Shown in pieces: positions 1 through 17,288 of a DNA stretch of 64,000 nucleotides. A program made the position numbers and the translations under genes. The stretch's first letter is position 1. Each line of letters opens with the position of its first letter. A model generated the notes under the pieces. It was not told the DNA's origin. It made no database searches and saw nothing but the letters and a program-made list of their open reading frames with translations. The DNA is from Cercozoa sp. M6MM (Eukaryota > Protista > Endomyxa: Ascetosporea), in assembly GCA_040357565.1 (NCBI GenBank), contig JBDODJ010000030.1. One strand, given 5' to 3'.

Positions 1-77
1 GATAGGGGGAAGGGGGTCCCAAGGGGCACGGGGGGGGGGGGGGGGTAGGGGGGGGGGGGTAAAGAGGGGCAGAGCAC

Positions 78-511
78 CGCGCGGACGCAGCGGCCGTGCA
101 GTCGCAGAAATCGCAGATGCGCGCAGGAGAAACGCGCGTGCAGCGGCAGCAGCGTCGCGTCGATCCAGCGAAACACACGTGACACCAGTCGCACATAGCG
201 ATCACTTTTCTGATCGGTCACATGCTCAGTCGGATGGTCATTCTGATCACTCTGATCGATCTGCTGATCATTCTGATCGATCAGATAGTCGATAGCACCG
301 TCATCAGCGGCCTCAGTGTCGGTGGTGTCAACGCCGCCACTCACTGTGACGGTGTCGCTGGCCACCAGACCACGTGGCACACCCAGTGCCACCAGGAACT
401 CGCCCAGCAGCGCCACGCGTCCGCGCGGATGCGTCACCGGGAACACGTGCGCCGCCACTGCGCCGAACGGCAGCGCCGACCGCCGCCGACCCTCCTTCTG
501 CTGCCTCTGGG
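78..511 (-). CDS. Internal exon, possibly NRDE-2-like protein (partial)
   Basis: Open minus-strand frame ...ALPFGAVAAHVFPVTHPRGRVALLGEFLVALGVP... ends at a GT donor followed by a C-rich intron (1-77). The motif resembles NRDE-2 'LF.DI...L......L...FL.FLGVP' from memory. Confidence 0.4.
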
Positions 512-611
512 NNNNNNNNNNNNNNNNNNNNNNNNNNNNNNNNNNNNNNNNNNNNNNNNNNNNNNNNNNNNNNNNNNNNNNNNNNNNNNNNNNNNNNNNN
601 NNNNNNNNNNN
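512..611. other. Scaffold gap (100 N); a second one lies at 26649-26748
   Basis: Runs of exactly 100 N. Additional 10-N fills sit inside microsatellites. Confidence 0.98.
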
Positions 612-700
612 CCCCCTGTTTACCCCCCTGTTTACCCCCCGGTTTACCCCCCTGTTTACCCCCCCGGTTTACCCCCCTGTTTACCCCCCTGTTTACCCCG
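612..700 (+). repeat. Intronic ~12-bp tandem repeat (CCCCCTGTTTAC)n
   Basis: Directly visible; it lies upstream of the CAG acceptor at ~721. Confidence 0.85.
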
Positions 701-721
701 TCCCCGGGCTGATGAGTGCAG

Positions 722-1546
722 ATGTCCGCGCGTGGGCGACCGTTTGTTCGCGTCGTTTTTCGACGAAGTGTTTCCGCGCGGAAGCTCGTTCCGTGTGGTG
801 TACGGTCAGGACATAGTGACGGTACGTCCGCGCGGATGGTGTGATGCACAGGTTTGTTCATGTGCGTCTGTAGTCAATGCCCAAGTTGCTGCGGCACTAC
901 AAACACGTGTCGACAGAGGTGCTGCTACTGGACGCTCAGGTATCATCTGACTGAGGGACAGAGTGGGCACGTGCCCAGTGAGTGAGTGACTGGGTGGACA
1001 CACGTGCCAACTCAGGGCACACTGGTGATGCGACCGTCGCCTCTGGAGAAGGCGCTGCTGCCGTCGCGACTGTCGTGGAGTGACCACCGACTCGGGTGCT
1101 ACCTGGGCGCACTCGAGGCTGCCTGTAGGCTTTGCCTTTACCCCCCCCTCTAGTTTACCCCCTAGATGACCCCCCTCCCCAATTGACCCCCCTCCCCTCC
1201 CCGATGCAGGTCGACAGAGGAACCTCGCGGTGTGCAAGCACAACATTGAGCACCAGCGTCGTCGGCGATCGTCGCTGCACGAGGAGACTGAGAACGCAGC
1301 CTTAACGAAATCGAGCCAGGAGCCAGAGGAGGACCACGGCGTACTCTCAGAATCCGAGTCGGAACGGCCGCATGGACGCTCCTGGCTCAGGTACATCTGT
1401 ACTGCACACCTGTTATATTCAGGCTCATGTCTGTTGTGTGGAGGTTCCTCTCCTGGCAGAGACGCCACCAGCAGGCGCATATTGAGCTGCGCGAACTCTC
1501 CGACGCCGCCGACGTCAGCGACTCGGAGTCCTCGCCGCCTGTATAG
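722..1546 (+). CDS. Class 3 lipase, 3' part, multi-exon
   Basis: Spliced translation CPRVGDRLFASFFDEVFPRGSSFRVVYGQDIVT|SMPKLLRHYKHVSTEVLL...GTLVMRPSPLEKALLPSRLSWSDHRLGCYLGAL contains the Lipase_3 motifs PRVG..FA, RVV...DIV, Y.HV..EV and the catalytic DH. The 3' end is uncertain (1546 or 1628). Confidence 0.8.
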
Positions 1547-1879
1547 TCCCCAGTCTCAGTTCAACTTTATTTGCAAGGAAAAAGAGAAATGCAGACTCCG
1601 GGTTACTAAAGGCTGCGATCCTGACTAGCATCGTAGTAGTAACCCACCGCTGCTCATCATGCTATCGCGCTTGACGAACAGTACTACCGATGACGGTACA
1701 GAGCAGGCTGGTCAGCCGCCGGAGTGCTGAGCGGGTTGCGATCAAAATTAAATAACAAGAGGTTCCGGGTTGGCGGAACCAATTTTTGGTGTGCCAATTA
1801 TTGCCAATCCTGTGCAAGCAGTGCCTGTGCAGACATTGCAGAGTTCCTTTGACGTGAGTAGGTTTGCAGTTTTGCGAAC

Positions 1880-4089
1880 ATGTCAAGCTGCGGTCTGTTG
1901 TCTCGTGTCCGGTCGCGTCAAGACGCGTTTGGCGAGACGCACACGCAGAACGAACCTCCTGCCAAGCAGGCCAAGGTTTCTTTTCACAAGGAGCCGAGCC
2001 GCTTCTGCTCCCGAGAGGTCTTGCCCGAGCGCCAGCGCCCAGCGTATCTGCTTTACACGCAAAGCAAGAGATCTGGGTACTGAATGACCCACATGTGACT
2101 GCTTTTGTTTTCGATTGACTCATGAGTCAGCTTTGTGTGCAGGCAACACCCCATCATCTCGAAACGAATGACCGAGATGGCCAAGCCGCCGACGAAAGGC
2201 GCTCGCTCCGTCGGTGAGTTACAGACCGATGCCATCGTGTTTGAGGGTTCCGGACCGGAGCCTCGTGCAAGCAGCCTGCTCGCCGGCTCCTTCTTCAAGC
2301 CGGCTGACGAGAAGGAACGTTCGGCCATCGCTCGGTCGAAGCAAATCAACTGGGTGATCGAGATCACGCAGATCGGCTCTGTGTGCATACCGGGGTTTTC
2401 GCTGCTGACTTCGTGCGGCAGCAAGGTGTGTCCTTTGCTTCCGATGTGTTGTATGTTGTATGTTGCTTCTTTTGCAGTTGTTGCCTGTGCGTAGGATTTC
2501 CGCCGATCTGTGCAAGGCAATTCGAGTCGCAGCCGTGGTGCCGGCAAGAAGGAACAAGGCATCACTCGGCACCTGCACAAAGTCGGCGGTAGGTCGGTGC
2601 AGGTGTCGGAGTCGAGGCGCGAGTTCGAAGTGCGTCTCACCGAGGAAGAACGTGTCCGTCTCCAACTGCCGGACTGCCTCGTCGGCACGCTCAGTGTCGA
2701 TATTGTCACTCATGACGGCGGACGGCACATTCACGCTGAAGGAGAGTTCGGCGAGGCTGTGGCACTGCACAGGGTACGTTTGCTCTGTCTCTCTACTTGC
2801 CGACACAGCATTTTGTATGTGTGTGCAGAACGACTGCGGCCAACTCTCCTATAAAAACGAGTTTCGTTTCTTTTTTGAGCGTGCGAAGAGCCTGCCGGGA
2901 CATGTGCGACTGCACGTGCAGCTTCCCGACTCAAGTGGCGGGAAGTTCTTGCTGCCGCTGCTATCAAATTCGTCGTCTGGTGCTTCGGCTGTGTCGGGTA
3001 CTCGGACGCCCGATGTGACGCCCACTCAGCAGTTGGGTAGTCCCTCTATGTGTCTCTGTGTCTCTGTGTCTGTGTCTGTGTGTACACTTGTGTACACTTG
3101 TGTCTCTGGACAGACTTCGTGCCTCACCAGATGCCGAGCTACCTTGAGGACCTGGTAGGCCGGATGCTGGCTCTCGCGAAGTTTCAGGATTGAGTCAGTG
3201 TTGTTGTAGGTGCCAGCAGTGTCGTCGCTTCCGCCCCTAACACTGTCGACTGCTGATGTTACGCAGTCGACTGGTGGTGTGTCCAACTGCTCACCGTTCC
3301 CTGCGTCGCCGTTCCCTCAGGAGTCTTTGCAGAGTCCGGTGGGTCCCAGCAGTGCCAACATGCCGTCGTTCGGCGTGTTTCCAGACTTTAAGCCAACCAG
3401 CGACGTCTGCAAATTGTTAGACCCGTTCGACCCGTTCGGTAGGTGCCTCTTCAGGAGACCTTATTGCTGAGATGTAGATGAATTTGGATCCTTGTGAGCA
3501 GACTTCTCGTACTTGGACAGCTTGTCATCCGACAATACCTTCGACGGCAGCTTGAGCACCACGGAACGCACCTGGCGAGACTTTTTTGTAAACAGGGCAA
3601 GCTGCGCAGAAATCAGAAAGATATCCGACAACAAAGATCTTCCTCTAGGTACACCTTGTCTTGACTCTGAGTGTCTTGTCTTGACTCTGAGTGTCTTGTC
3701 TTGACTCTGAGTGTGTCTTTTACTCGTGCGTGCGCAGACCTGTCGGACGCACCTTCTGACTTCTTTTAGGCTTGCAATAGCAAACACACACGACAGCAGC
3801 AGCAACACACCCCGCAGCAACAGTATCAGCAACACAGCAGCAGCAACCATTGACCCGAGAACTCACTACCAGCGACATTGCGGAATCCGCGAAGCGTGTC
3901 TCGTCGACAGAAATCCTGCCCACTACGTGCACCAACAGCTCGTCCTCACTGCCCAGTCCCCGCATTCCTCCCGGGCTGAGTACAGTCAGCGTCCACGTTG
4001 TGCACGAGTGCCAGGCATTCCTCGCCGCGACCTTCCGACGTCTTCTCCAATGCGCTCGTTTGACCCTTCTCTCGCCGAGTTGCTCATGA
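1880..4089 (+). CDS. Hypothetical multi-exon protein with Ser/Pro/Thr-rich C-terminal half
   Basis: In-phase GT-AG introns link MSSCGLL..., QHPIISK..., DFRRSVQG... and NDCGQLSY... exons. No family recognised. Confidence 0.55.
3655..3714 (+). repeat. 20-bp tandem repeat x3 (GTGTCTTGTCTTGACTCTGA), intronic
   Basis: Directly visible. Confidence 0.9.
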
Positions 4090-4249
4090 CTCCACGTCTG
4101 AACTCGTTGCGTTGCTTTATGCTTGCGTCGTTTACGTTAATTTATTGTCTTAACATTGTTACAGCATGAACTACTTTAGTCAGGACAAAGAACATCCGTA
4201 CGTTAGTTTTTTTGTATCACTCGACTTTAAAAGTACCCTCAATTGATTT

Positions 4250-6558
4250 ACCAAGGCATGATCCGATCCTTAACTGAGAGGGCTGCGGCAACAACATTGC
4301 TTTGTTTATTGTACGTTTACCCACATTCGAATTGCGATTGCTCAAGCAAGCTCGACTAGTCCACGACTGCTGTATGTTGTTGTTGTTGCTGTTGCTGGGC
4401 GAGTCGCGACTGCAGTGTCGTCCAGCACACGGCGCGCGCGTCCATACCGACGTGCTGCGACAGTTGCGAGCACATGCCGAGTGTTTGTGCCCACACCTGC
4501 GGGTCCTGCAGGTAACAGAAGGAACAACATCGGGCAAAGACAAAGGCAAGCGTGTGTTGTCGGTGTACGTGGGGCAGTGTCGCCAGCCAGCGCGACACGG
4601 AGCGACTGATGCTCATAAAGAAGGTGCGCGGAATCGCCAGTCGTGCTTCCTCTGTCAAGCGTTGAAGCAGAACTAGAAAGAAGGTAAAGTGCGCGTTGGT
4701 TGTACCAGTGACAGCGATGTGAAACGTCTGATTCAGCACGGCAACAAACGTTGCGACATGGCGCGGTTCCACTGTGCTCCCTAGAATAAACTCAACTCCA
4801 CCTAGAATAAAATGCAGTCACACTCAACTCCCATCCTATTTACGCCCTTAGACACGTAGAGAAACTACGTATGTGTAAAAGTACCCTGTTTACAAGTAAC
4901 ACAGGCTCGCAACAACTTCGCGCACTCGGCGTCGGTGCACATGAACAGGGTGTCTTGCAACAAGGCACGAACCATGTCTGTCGTTTTCTGTGCCAGAGTT
5001 TCTCTACACAGACCGAAATTTCAGGCAATTAAAAAGCACAGACATAACTTTACCTTTCAGTGGTCAATGGAAGGAAGCAAGAGAGTGAAGCAAGCTGGCC
5101 CTGTGCTGCGCGTCGAAACGCCTGAACTGTTTCATTGTTCGCAGCAACTAAAGTAGCTTCTGATTCTTCAGCTGTTTTCGTGTGCTTTCGCAACAGCGCG
5201 CGCACTGCGAGCGCCAGTTCGACCGTTTTCGGGGTCAGCAGACGCCTTCGCTGCCACTCGACGCACCTGCCAAGTCAACGAGAATGATGCAAAAAAGCAA
5301 GTCCAACCAACAGTACAACCAACAACTTCAGTACCTTGTCAAAAAGTGAGTTACGACTTGGCGTCGTTGTGCACTTTCGGCACCTGCAAAAGCGAAAGTG
5401 TCGAGACAACGGCAGTCACAAACGAAGAAGAAAAGGATACCGTAGAAAGTATCATTCAGTGCTTTCGGCGACAGAGAGGTCAGCAGTACCTTGAGCGACC
5501 GCAGGATGCGTCGCGTCAGTTGAATGCGGTGGAAGCGAGTGACCGAAGTGCCGTCTTGCAGTGCCACTCGCCTCCTTTTGTTCGGCGTGTCCACCTCGAC
5601 TGGTCTGCAAACATCACTTGCCACTCGCGGCAAAAAGTACACACACACAAGTGACTGAGACAAGTGAAATACTCAAACGCCGAAAGTTTCGCACATCTCG
5701 ACACAAGCACGACATCAACGAATTCAGTGGCATCGACGTGATCGCTGCCGCGGCTCTTTTGTGCCTTTTTCTTGTGCGGAAACATCGTCTCTACCATGGC
5801 ACGAAAGCCGTCCTCCTCGTCCTCCTCTTCGTCTTGCGAGTCATAGCCTTCAACTTCGATATCGGTTGGTGTCTGGTCCAGCAGCTGACTCAACAGGCGG
5901 CACAGCAGCGAAGACTCGCCGCCCAGTTTGCTCACGCACAGTGGTTTCATCTTCAGCAGCACTCGCATCTAAACACACACAACACAAAGACACATGCACT
6001 GACAGTGCTTTTTGAGAATGAACGCTACAAGAATGCGTCCGCGCGGAGCACTCAGCAGAGCGTCACACAGCACGCGCTGCAGCAGCATCTCTGGGTACAG
6101 CAGCGCAATGCGCGACATCTTGCTCAAAGCATCGGCATCGAAATCCGACGTTCTCACCTGTATTGAAATAGCCATAATGAAAGCAAGTGAAGCCAGGCAA
6201 GTGAAAGCAAGCAAAGGCAAGTGGAAGAAAAACGTGCAATACCGTAGAGTTCAATACTGCGGTCAGAACGGACATTGCAAACTCCTCCGAACTCAGGTCG
6301 TCATTCTGCGCTTGTGCATCGCTGTCTTCTTGCTTCTTCGTGATTCTGTGCTCCTGTCGCCAGTATGCGTCTCTGATATCGGCCTTCACTCTGGCCGGCA
6401 GCAAGTCGTACAGGCGCAGCACCTACAGCAAGCAGAGTCCAAGGGCCAATCCTGCAGGGTAACATTTGAATACCCGGGCGAATCTGTCTCGGAAATCGGC
6501 ATCTGAGAGCGCGAGCACTCCAAGTTCACTATTAACGATGTCGCTAGGCCTCGACATT
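4250..6558 (-). CDS. Hypothetical helical protein, multi-exon
   Basis: MSRPSDIVNSELGVLALSDADFRDRFAR| is followed by exons VLRLYDLL..., VRTSDFDA..., an acidic patch and ...LQSRLAQQQQ. The 3' end is approximate. Confidence 0.55.
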
Positions 6559-6687
6559 GCTATGAAAATGACCACGACGGGATTGTTTTTCTTTTATCTT
6601 TTCTAGCCTCAGCGGGAGAATCCTTACTAGTTTAAACAAGTGCTTTACGCTGACAGACACTCAGAATTGAGTGCAAAAAAGTGTCTA

Positions 6688-8192
6688 ATGCCTCGTCGTC
6701 AACGAGCCAAATTCACCGATTCGTATGTTGTTTTCAGGTGCTTTTTTGCACAACAGGTCTGACGTGTTGCCTGTCTTTCAGTCTGCACGAGTTCGGAAAG
6801 ATTCCAGTCGTGCCAATCACCAGAGTATAGTGGTTGTTTGTTTGCGTTCTGTCGTGGTATCGGGATGCCTGTGCAGGAGTCAGTAGTTGGTGGCTGGACC
6901 AAGTTTCTCGAGGATTCGCAGAAGCAACTCGGTTCGGATTGGCGAACAAACGTCGGCGTGGTAACCTTTCCTTTTTTCTGCGATGCTTTGCGCTTTTTTT
7001 AAAACCTTCATTTATGTGGCACAGTTCGCCGGTCGCTTGCCGCGAGGACAAAGCTGGGCGTCATTTTGGAACCAAGAGCGCATCTTCGCCGAGCACTACC
7101 TCGATCAAGTGCGATGCGCGTACTCTTCTTTCTGCGATACTTTCTGCTTTTTGCTTTCGTATATAGAACATGTATGTCTGTATATATATAGAGGTAGATT
7201 TATATATATATATATAATATAGATGTATGTATACAGCGAGGTGCGCGTGATGGTTCTCGGGAAAATAATGGGCGAGCTGCAGATGTGCCAAATTGTTTCT
7301 TCCTTCTTGTGTGTGTGTGTGTGTGCCAAAAAAAGAGAGAGAGAGAGTGTGCTGTTGTGAAGTGATGTGGCGCCTTTCTACGACGTTCCCAGTGCGAAGA
7401 CGCATCAGAACCTGTCGTTGGATGTATTGGGACTGACCAACTCGATCTCACTTCGCGACTTCGTGGAGATTGCGCGTGACATTGATGCCAGTCCCGAGTT
7501 GCAGACACAAGAGGTGCCACAGCTTATGTTATTGCCTGTGTGTGTGTATGCTATTGCTTGTGTTCGTGTGTTGCTAGGACGAAGTTAAGCACCGCGAAAA
7601 CTTGTACTGGCTGCGCGTGCAGCGAGCTGTATCTCCTTTTCCTCTTCTAGCTGTTTGTGCTTTTCGGTGTGTAAAATTCGTGTGTTTGGAGCAGTTGAAG
7701 AAGCGAGCGAGCACGTCAGTTCCACTCATGGTTTCGAAACGACTGAGCGAACGCGACGAAATTCTGAGTGATGGTCAGTTTTTGTTTTTGCCTGTTGACC
7801 AAACTAACTGAACTGATTGGACTGACTGGGCTGATTGACTGGCTGTTGATCGATTTGATCGGGAGTAGATGACGACATGGACTTGCTTGTGATGCTGCGC
7901 AATCGGAGTCGAAAGAGACGACGCGTGCTGAGCAAGAACGACGTCGCTGATGCGGATGAAATGTCAGCGGCGGCATCGACGGCGATCGAAACTTCGTGCA
8001 CGGACTCGTCGGATGAGTCCTCCTCCGACTGGGACACTTCTTCTGATGGTACACTCGGGATTTGCTGTGCCTTTGATTTCTTTGTTTCTCTTGTTACCTT
8101 GCTTCTGCCAGAGGAGGAAAACGAAGTGACGAGTGTGCTGAATGACTGCATTCGAAATGCCGTCCTGAGGTAGATGATTCCTTAGCTTCTCC

Positions 8193-8241
<49 letters not shown>

Positions 8242-8251
8242 NNNNNNNNNN

Positions 8252-8305
<54 letters not shown>

Positions 8306-8884
8306 CGCACACACGCACACAGCTAAGTTTTCTCGGTGTGTTTTGTAGAACAGAACGACGCGAGAAGTTCGACTTTTCGCCAATGTCGAATCAGTGTAAA
8401 ACTGGCTGCTGGGAGCATGGTTTTTAGCAACTGAAACAAAAGGTATAAGCAGGTTTGTACGCCATCTGCACCGACGGCCGGACACTCTTCGAAACACAGA
8501 ACGGCCGGCACTCGCCGTTCGCGTGTCCGCGACTTGACACGTTGCTGTCTCACGGCTTTCTAACACTGCTATTTTTTGGATTGTTCTGACTGTGTTGTGT
8601 TGTTGTGTACAGAAAGCAAATGCTAGGTCAGGCCGTGCTTCCGGGCATCACAACTTGTATACTTCTCTTTTTATTTATCTATGCATGTACGTGCACTGTT
8701 GTGATGTTGCTGCAGCCTTCTTGTACTACGGCAGCTACGGAAGCAGTTTCCAGTGGCACCTCGAGGTATACAACGTGACACAATCGTTGAGTTAAAACTA
8801 CCTCATGCGGTCATGGTCAGGACTGCGACTTCTTCTCGGTCAACTTTCTGCACGCTGGTCGACCCAAGGTAGTCAAAGCAATTG

Positions 8885-8937
<53 letters not shown>

Positions 8938-9118
8938 GGTTACAAGGACGATGTAAACGCTCTAGGTCTGGTACACGGTGGCTCCGAAACACCGGCGTCG
9001 GTTCGAACTGCTGGTGCGCAAGATGTTTCGCAACGCCACACGTTCGTGTCCGCGTCCGATGGCGCACAAGACCATTGTACACTGACTTGTGTATATGTGT
9101 GTATGCGTGTGTGTGTGT

Positions 9119-9165
<47 letters not shown>

Positions 9166-9925
9166 TTGTGTGCAACTTAACTTGGCAGGTGATTGACCCG
9201 CGTGATCTCGTGGCGGCCGGAATCAAAGTCAATCGTTTCGTGCAGTACCCCGGGTACAGTATCCCGTCCTTCCAGTATCTGTTTGTCTGTGGAAGGGAAT
9301 ACACTTACTCTTTGCCGCAGTGACTACGTCATTTTGTACCCGGACACGTACCACAGCGGCTTCAACACCGGCCTCAACTGCGCTGTACCTTTCTGTATGT
9401 GGAGGGGGTAGTGGGGCATCAACTTTCTGTGTGCAGGAGTCAGTGAACTTTGCAACGGCCGAGTGGCTGCCGCATGGCGATCGCGCACTGTCGCAGGTGC
9501 ACCGACTCGTGCAGGAGAAGCTCTGCTTCTGTCGCAACAGCATCGCTTTCGCCTCAGATGGTTCTTTTGACCTTTTGATGTTCGGTTTCGTTTATTTTCT
9601 CTTGTGCTGGGGTCGCTAGACTCCTACCTGTACGTGCATGAACTGGTACGCCAGGAGATGCAGAAACGCAACGTACTTTTTTTTTACAAGTCTTTTGAGT
9701 CACTTCAATCTTGCACTAATTGTTGTGGTGACGTTAACTCCGCAGCTGCCAATCAAAACGGCAGCAGAACACTTGGCAGCATTTGAGGCTGACATGAAGG
9801 CTTGCAAGTACATTTGCATTGTTTTTTCTAAGAATTCTATCGATTATATTCTCGTTTATGAGCTTAGACGAAAGATCGAGGAGTATAACGCACGTGCCTT
9901 GCACTTGGAGCACCCGTACAGATGA
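6688..9925 (+). CDS. JmjC histone demethylase, KDM4/JMJD2-like
   Basis: Spliced PGITTSFLYYGSYGSSFQWHLE|DCDFFSVNFLHAGRPK|VWYTVAP...QYPG|DYVILYPDTYHSGFNTGLNCA|ESVNFATAEW. The Fe-binding H-x-E...H residues and the 2-oxoglutarate Lys are present. The 5' exons are less certain. Confidence 0.9.
8195..8320. repeat. (CA)n/(TG)n intronic microsatellites; others at ~8888-8934, 9105-9162, 17181-17285, 26605-26790, 28575-28641, 63939-64000
   Basis: Directly visible, all within predicted introns. Confidence 0.95.
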
Positions 9926-10327
9926 CGGCGCACGGGCGCAGGTGATTCTATGTTCTGTCAATTAAACGAAACACTCCGTCTGTCCCGCCCGTCGCTTCAG
10001 CCCGCGGCCGCGAATTACCATGCACGCTAGCGCTACCGTACTTAGTTCAGTCTGCTACGCTAAGAACAGAAACCAACTCCTATATACCCCTGCCCGCCCA
10101 GGATGTCCACTGCTTTTGAAGTTCCCCAGGACACCTTCAAGGTTGATATGTACGCTAGCGCCACAGTCCGTCATAGAAGGAACTGGATTGATACAGAAAG
10201 CGTGCAATTCATCGCGCGATCGGATACATGTACGGTACCACCGGATCGAGTTTGATTGAATGTACGCTCGGTCATCCATCGGATGGAAATTAAATAGAAT
10301 CCCGCCACGCACCGCCGCGCACCGGCT

Positions 10328-15208
<4,881 letters not shown>

Positions 15209-15485
15209 CAATTGAATTGAGGACACCCACGCTCGCGATCGGCCTCGATCCGGTCCGCACGCCACACAGACAGAAAACACGCGGTTAGCCCGCACGAGTG
15301 CTCTAATTTCCGTTGGTCGTAGCTTCTCTTTTTTTTAAATTTTGCGGTCAACAACCGAACAATCGGCCACGCTGACGCAAATTATATCCAGTTGTTCCAA
15401 AGAACCAGACTACCTGCGGCAGCTGCCTTACACTGGTGGTTGGTTTAGCATAGTTTAGCGGAGGCTAGCTCAGTAACGTAAACTG

Positions 15486-16937
15486 CTATTTTCGCCTGCG
15501 GAAAGGCTTTCGCTGGCCGTGAGCGCCGCCAGCTCCGCGCTTTGGCTTGCTAGGACCGGTGCAAGACGCGACGTGTCGCTCATAGTAGGTTTTTTTCTGG
15601 TACTATTCAATCGGAGTAGATTTTGACACTGGCAATAAATAAAAAGGGAAAAATAAAGGTACAGTTTTCTGGCACTTGGGACAGATCATCGGCGCCTTTT
15701 TCGCTGCTGTTGACGAAGATTTCGTTGGCTTTCTCAAGCCACCACCCTTGGCGGTGTGACTGCTGGAGCGACTGTTGCTTTTGCTGGGTGGAAGTGCTTT
15801 CGGCGGATTCTTGTCACGATGCTTCATCCAGTGAGACGCTTGCGCGTATCGGCTAAAGCAAGGTTGGAAGCAAACTCAACATAAACACACAACAAAGAAG
15901 GCTAGGGTACAGTTTGGAATCTCGAGGTGCTGCCAAGAAGCCGTCTTTGTCGCCGTTGTCGCACAGATTAACTAGTGCGCGTTTCTTGTTTTGATTTTGA
16001 CTGCAAAAAGAGAAACGCTGAAACAAATTTCATGTGTCCGGAAAGAAAAGATACCGAGCAAACTGAGCAACTGCGCTTTCGTTATGGTCATTGTTGTTGT
16101 TGTCGCTGTTGTTGTCGCCGTTGTTGTCATCGTTGCTGCCAGTAATGGCTCCGCCGAGGTTCGACACATTCGCAGGGGCCAGAAAAGCATAGCCATGTAC
16201 GATATCGACATTGTTCAGCAGCAATTTCGTTCCTGGCTTTATCGCAAACGGCAGTGTTCGGTATTCGATGGCGATGCTGCCAAACAACACTTTCAGATCA
16301 GAAGCTGGGCTGACTGTATGAACGGGGAAAATCAGTACAATCGCTGTTTGCCGTCAGTCACGACGAGACGTCGCATGGTGGTTCTCGTGATCCTTTGCTG
16401 CAGAAACAAGTCAGAAAAGTAGACAGCAATTCTTGAACAAAACTACCTCTTCTTCTTCCTCGGCGTTATCGGCGAATTTATCGATGAACTCAGGCTCGTG
16501 TGCCTTGCTGATGTCGCGAATCAACTCGACTTGCACCAAGGCCTGTTGGAACGTGCTTCAATCACAAATGTTAGTCACAAATTGAGTAAAATTACTTTCT
16601 TGATCGAAGCCATTCGCTGATCTGTCAACCTTGGCGGTAGCAGCGATCTGCTGACAGCAGCGCGCAGGTCGCTCACCAGCAACACATCCAGTATACGTGC
16701 TGCTGATGTCTGCGCAGACACTCTGTTCGCATGTGTTTTAGTTAAAAGAAGGTCACAACGCACCTCGACATCGCCAGGGACTACCAGTTCCGAACAAGCC
16801 TGCAACCAGTCGACACAAAGGCACACCGAGAGACGCTCAAAGCTGCGACGGACAGAACCAAAAAAACACAAATGAAGCTGGCGCCAAAAAACGACACTAA
16901 TTGCACTAACGCACTATTCCAGCAGCTCTGACTGCAT
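15486..16937 (-). CDS. RMI1/TDRD3-type N-terminal OB-fold protein with C-terminal C2HC zinc finger
   Basis: MQSELLEYFERLSVCLCVDWLQAC...LLVSDLR...LVQVELIRDIS...MRRLVVTDGKQRF|IAIEYRTLPFAIKPGTKLLLNNVDIVHGYAFLAPANVSNLGG matches RMI1_N motifs. The tail is ICPKCQKT|YQKKTYYERHVASC...RRRK*. Confidence 0.8.
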
Positions 16938-17075
16938 CCAGAGACTGCATACACACGCTGGGTGCTGTCGAAAATTTCAGGAGCACAGCACCGCCAAGCA
17001 GCTGAAAAACGTGAAACTCTCGACTTGGGAAATGAAAGATTGGCATTGGTATTTGTGCAAGGAGAAATCAAATCC

Positions 17076-17178
17076 CTAGAAAATCCCTAGAACATGAGCG
17101 GGGAGTAGTGACTTGTGTTCCAGCATCTTTTCACTGTCGCAAAACATCATCGCGGCAGGTGCTAAGACGTCCACAGAA

Positions 17179-17227
<49 letters not shown>

Positions 17228-17237
17228 NNNNNNNNNN

Positions 17238-17288
<51 letters not shown>

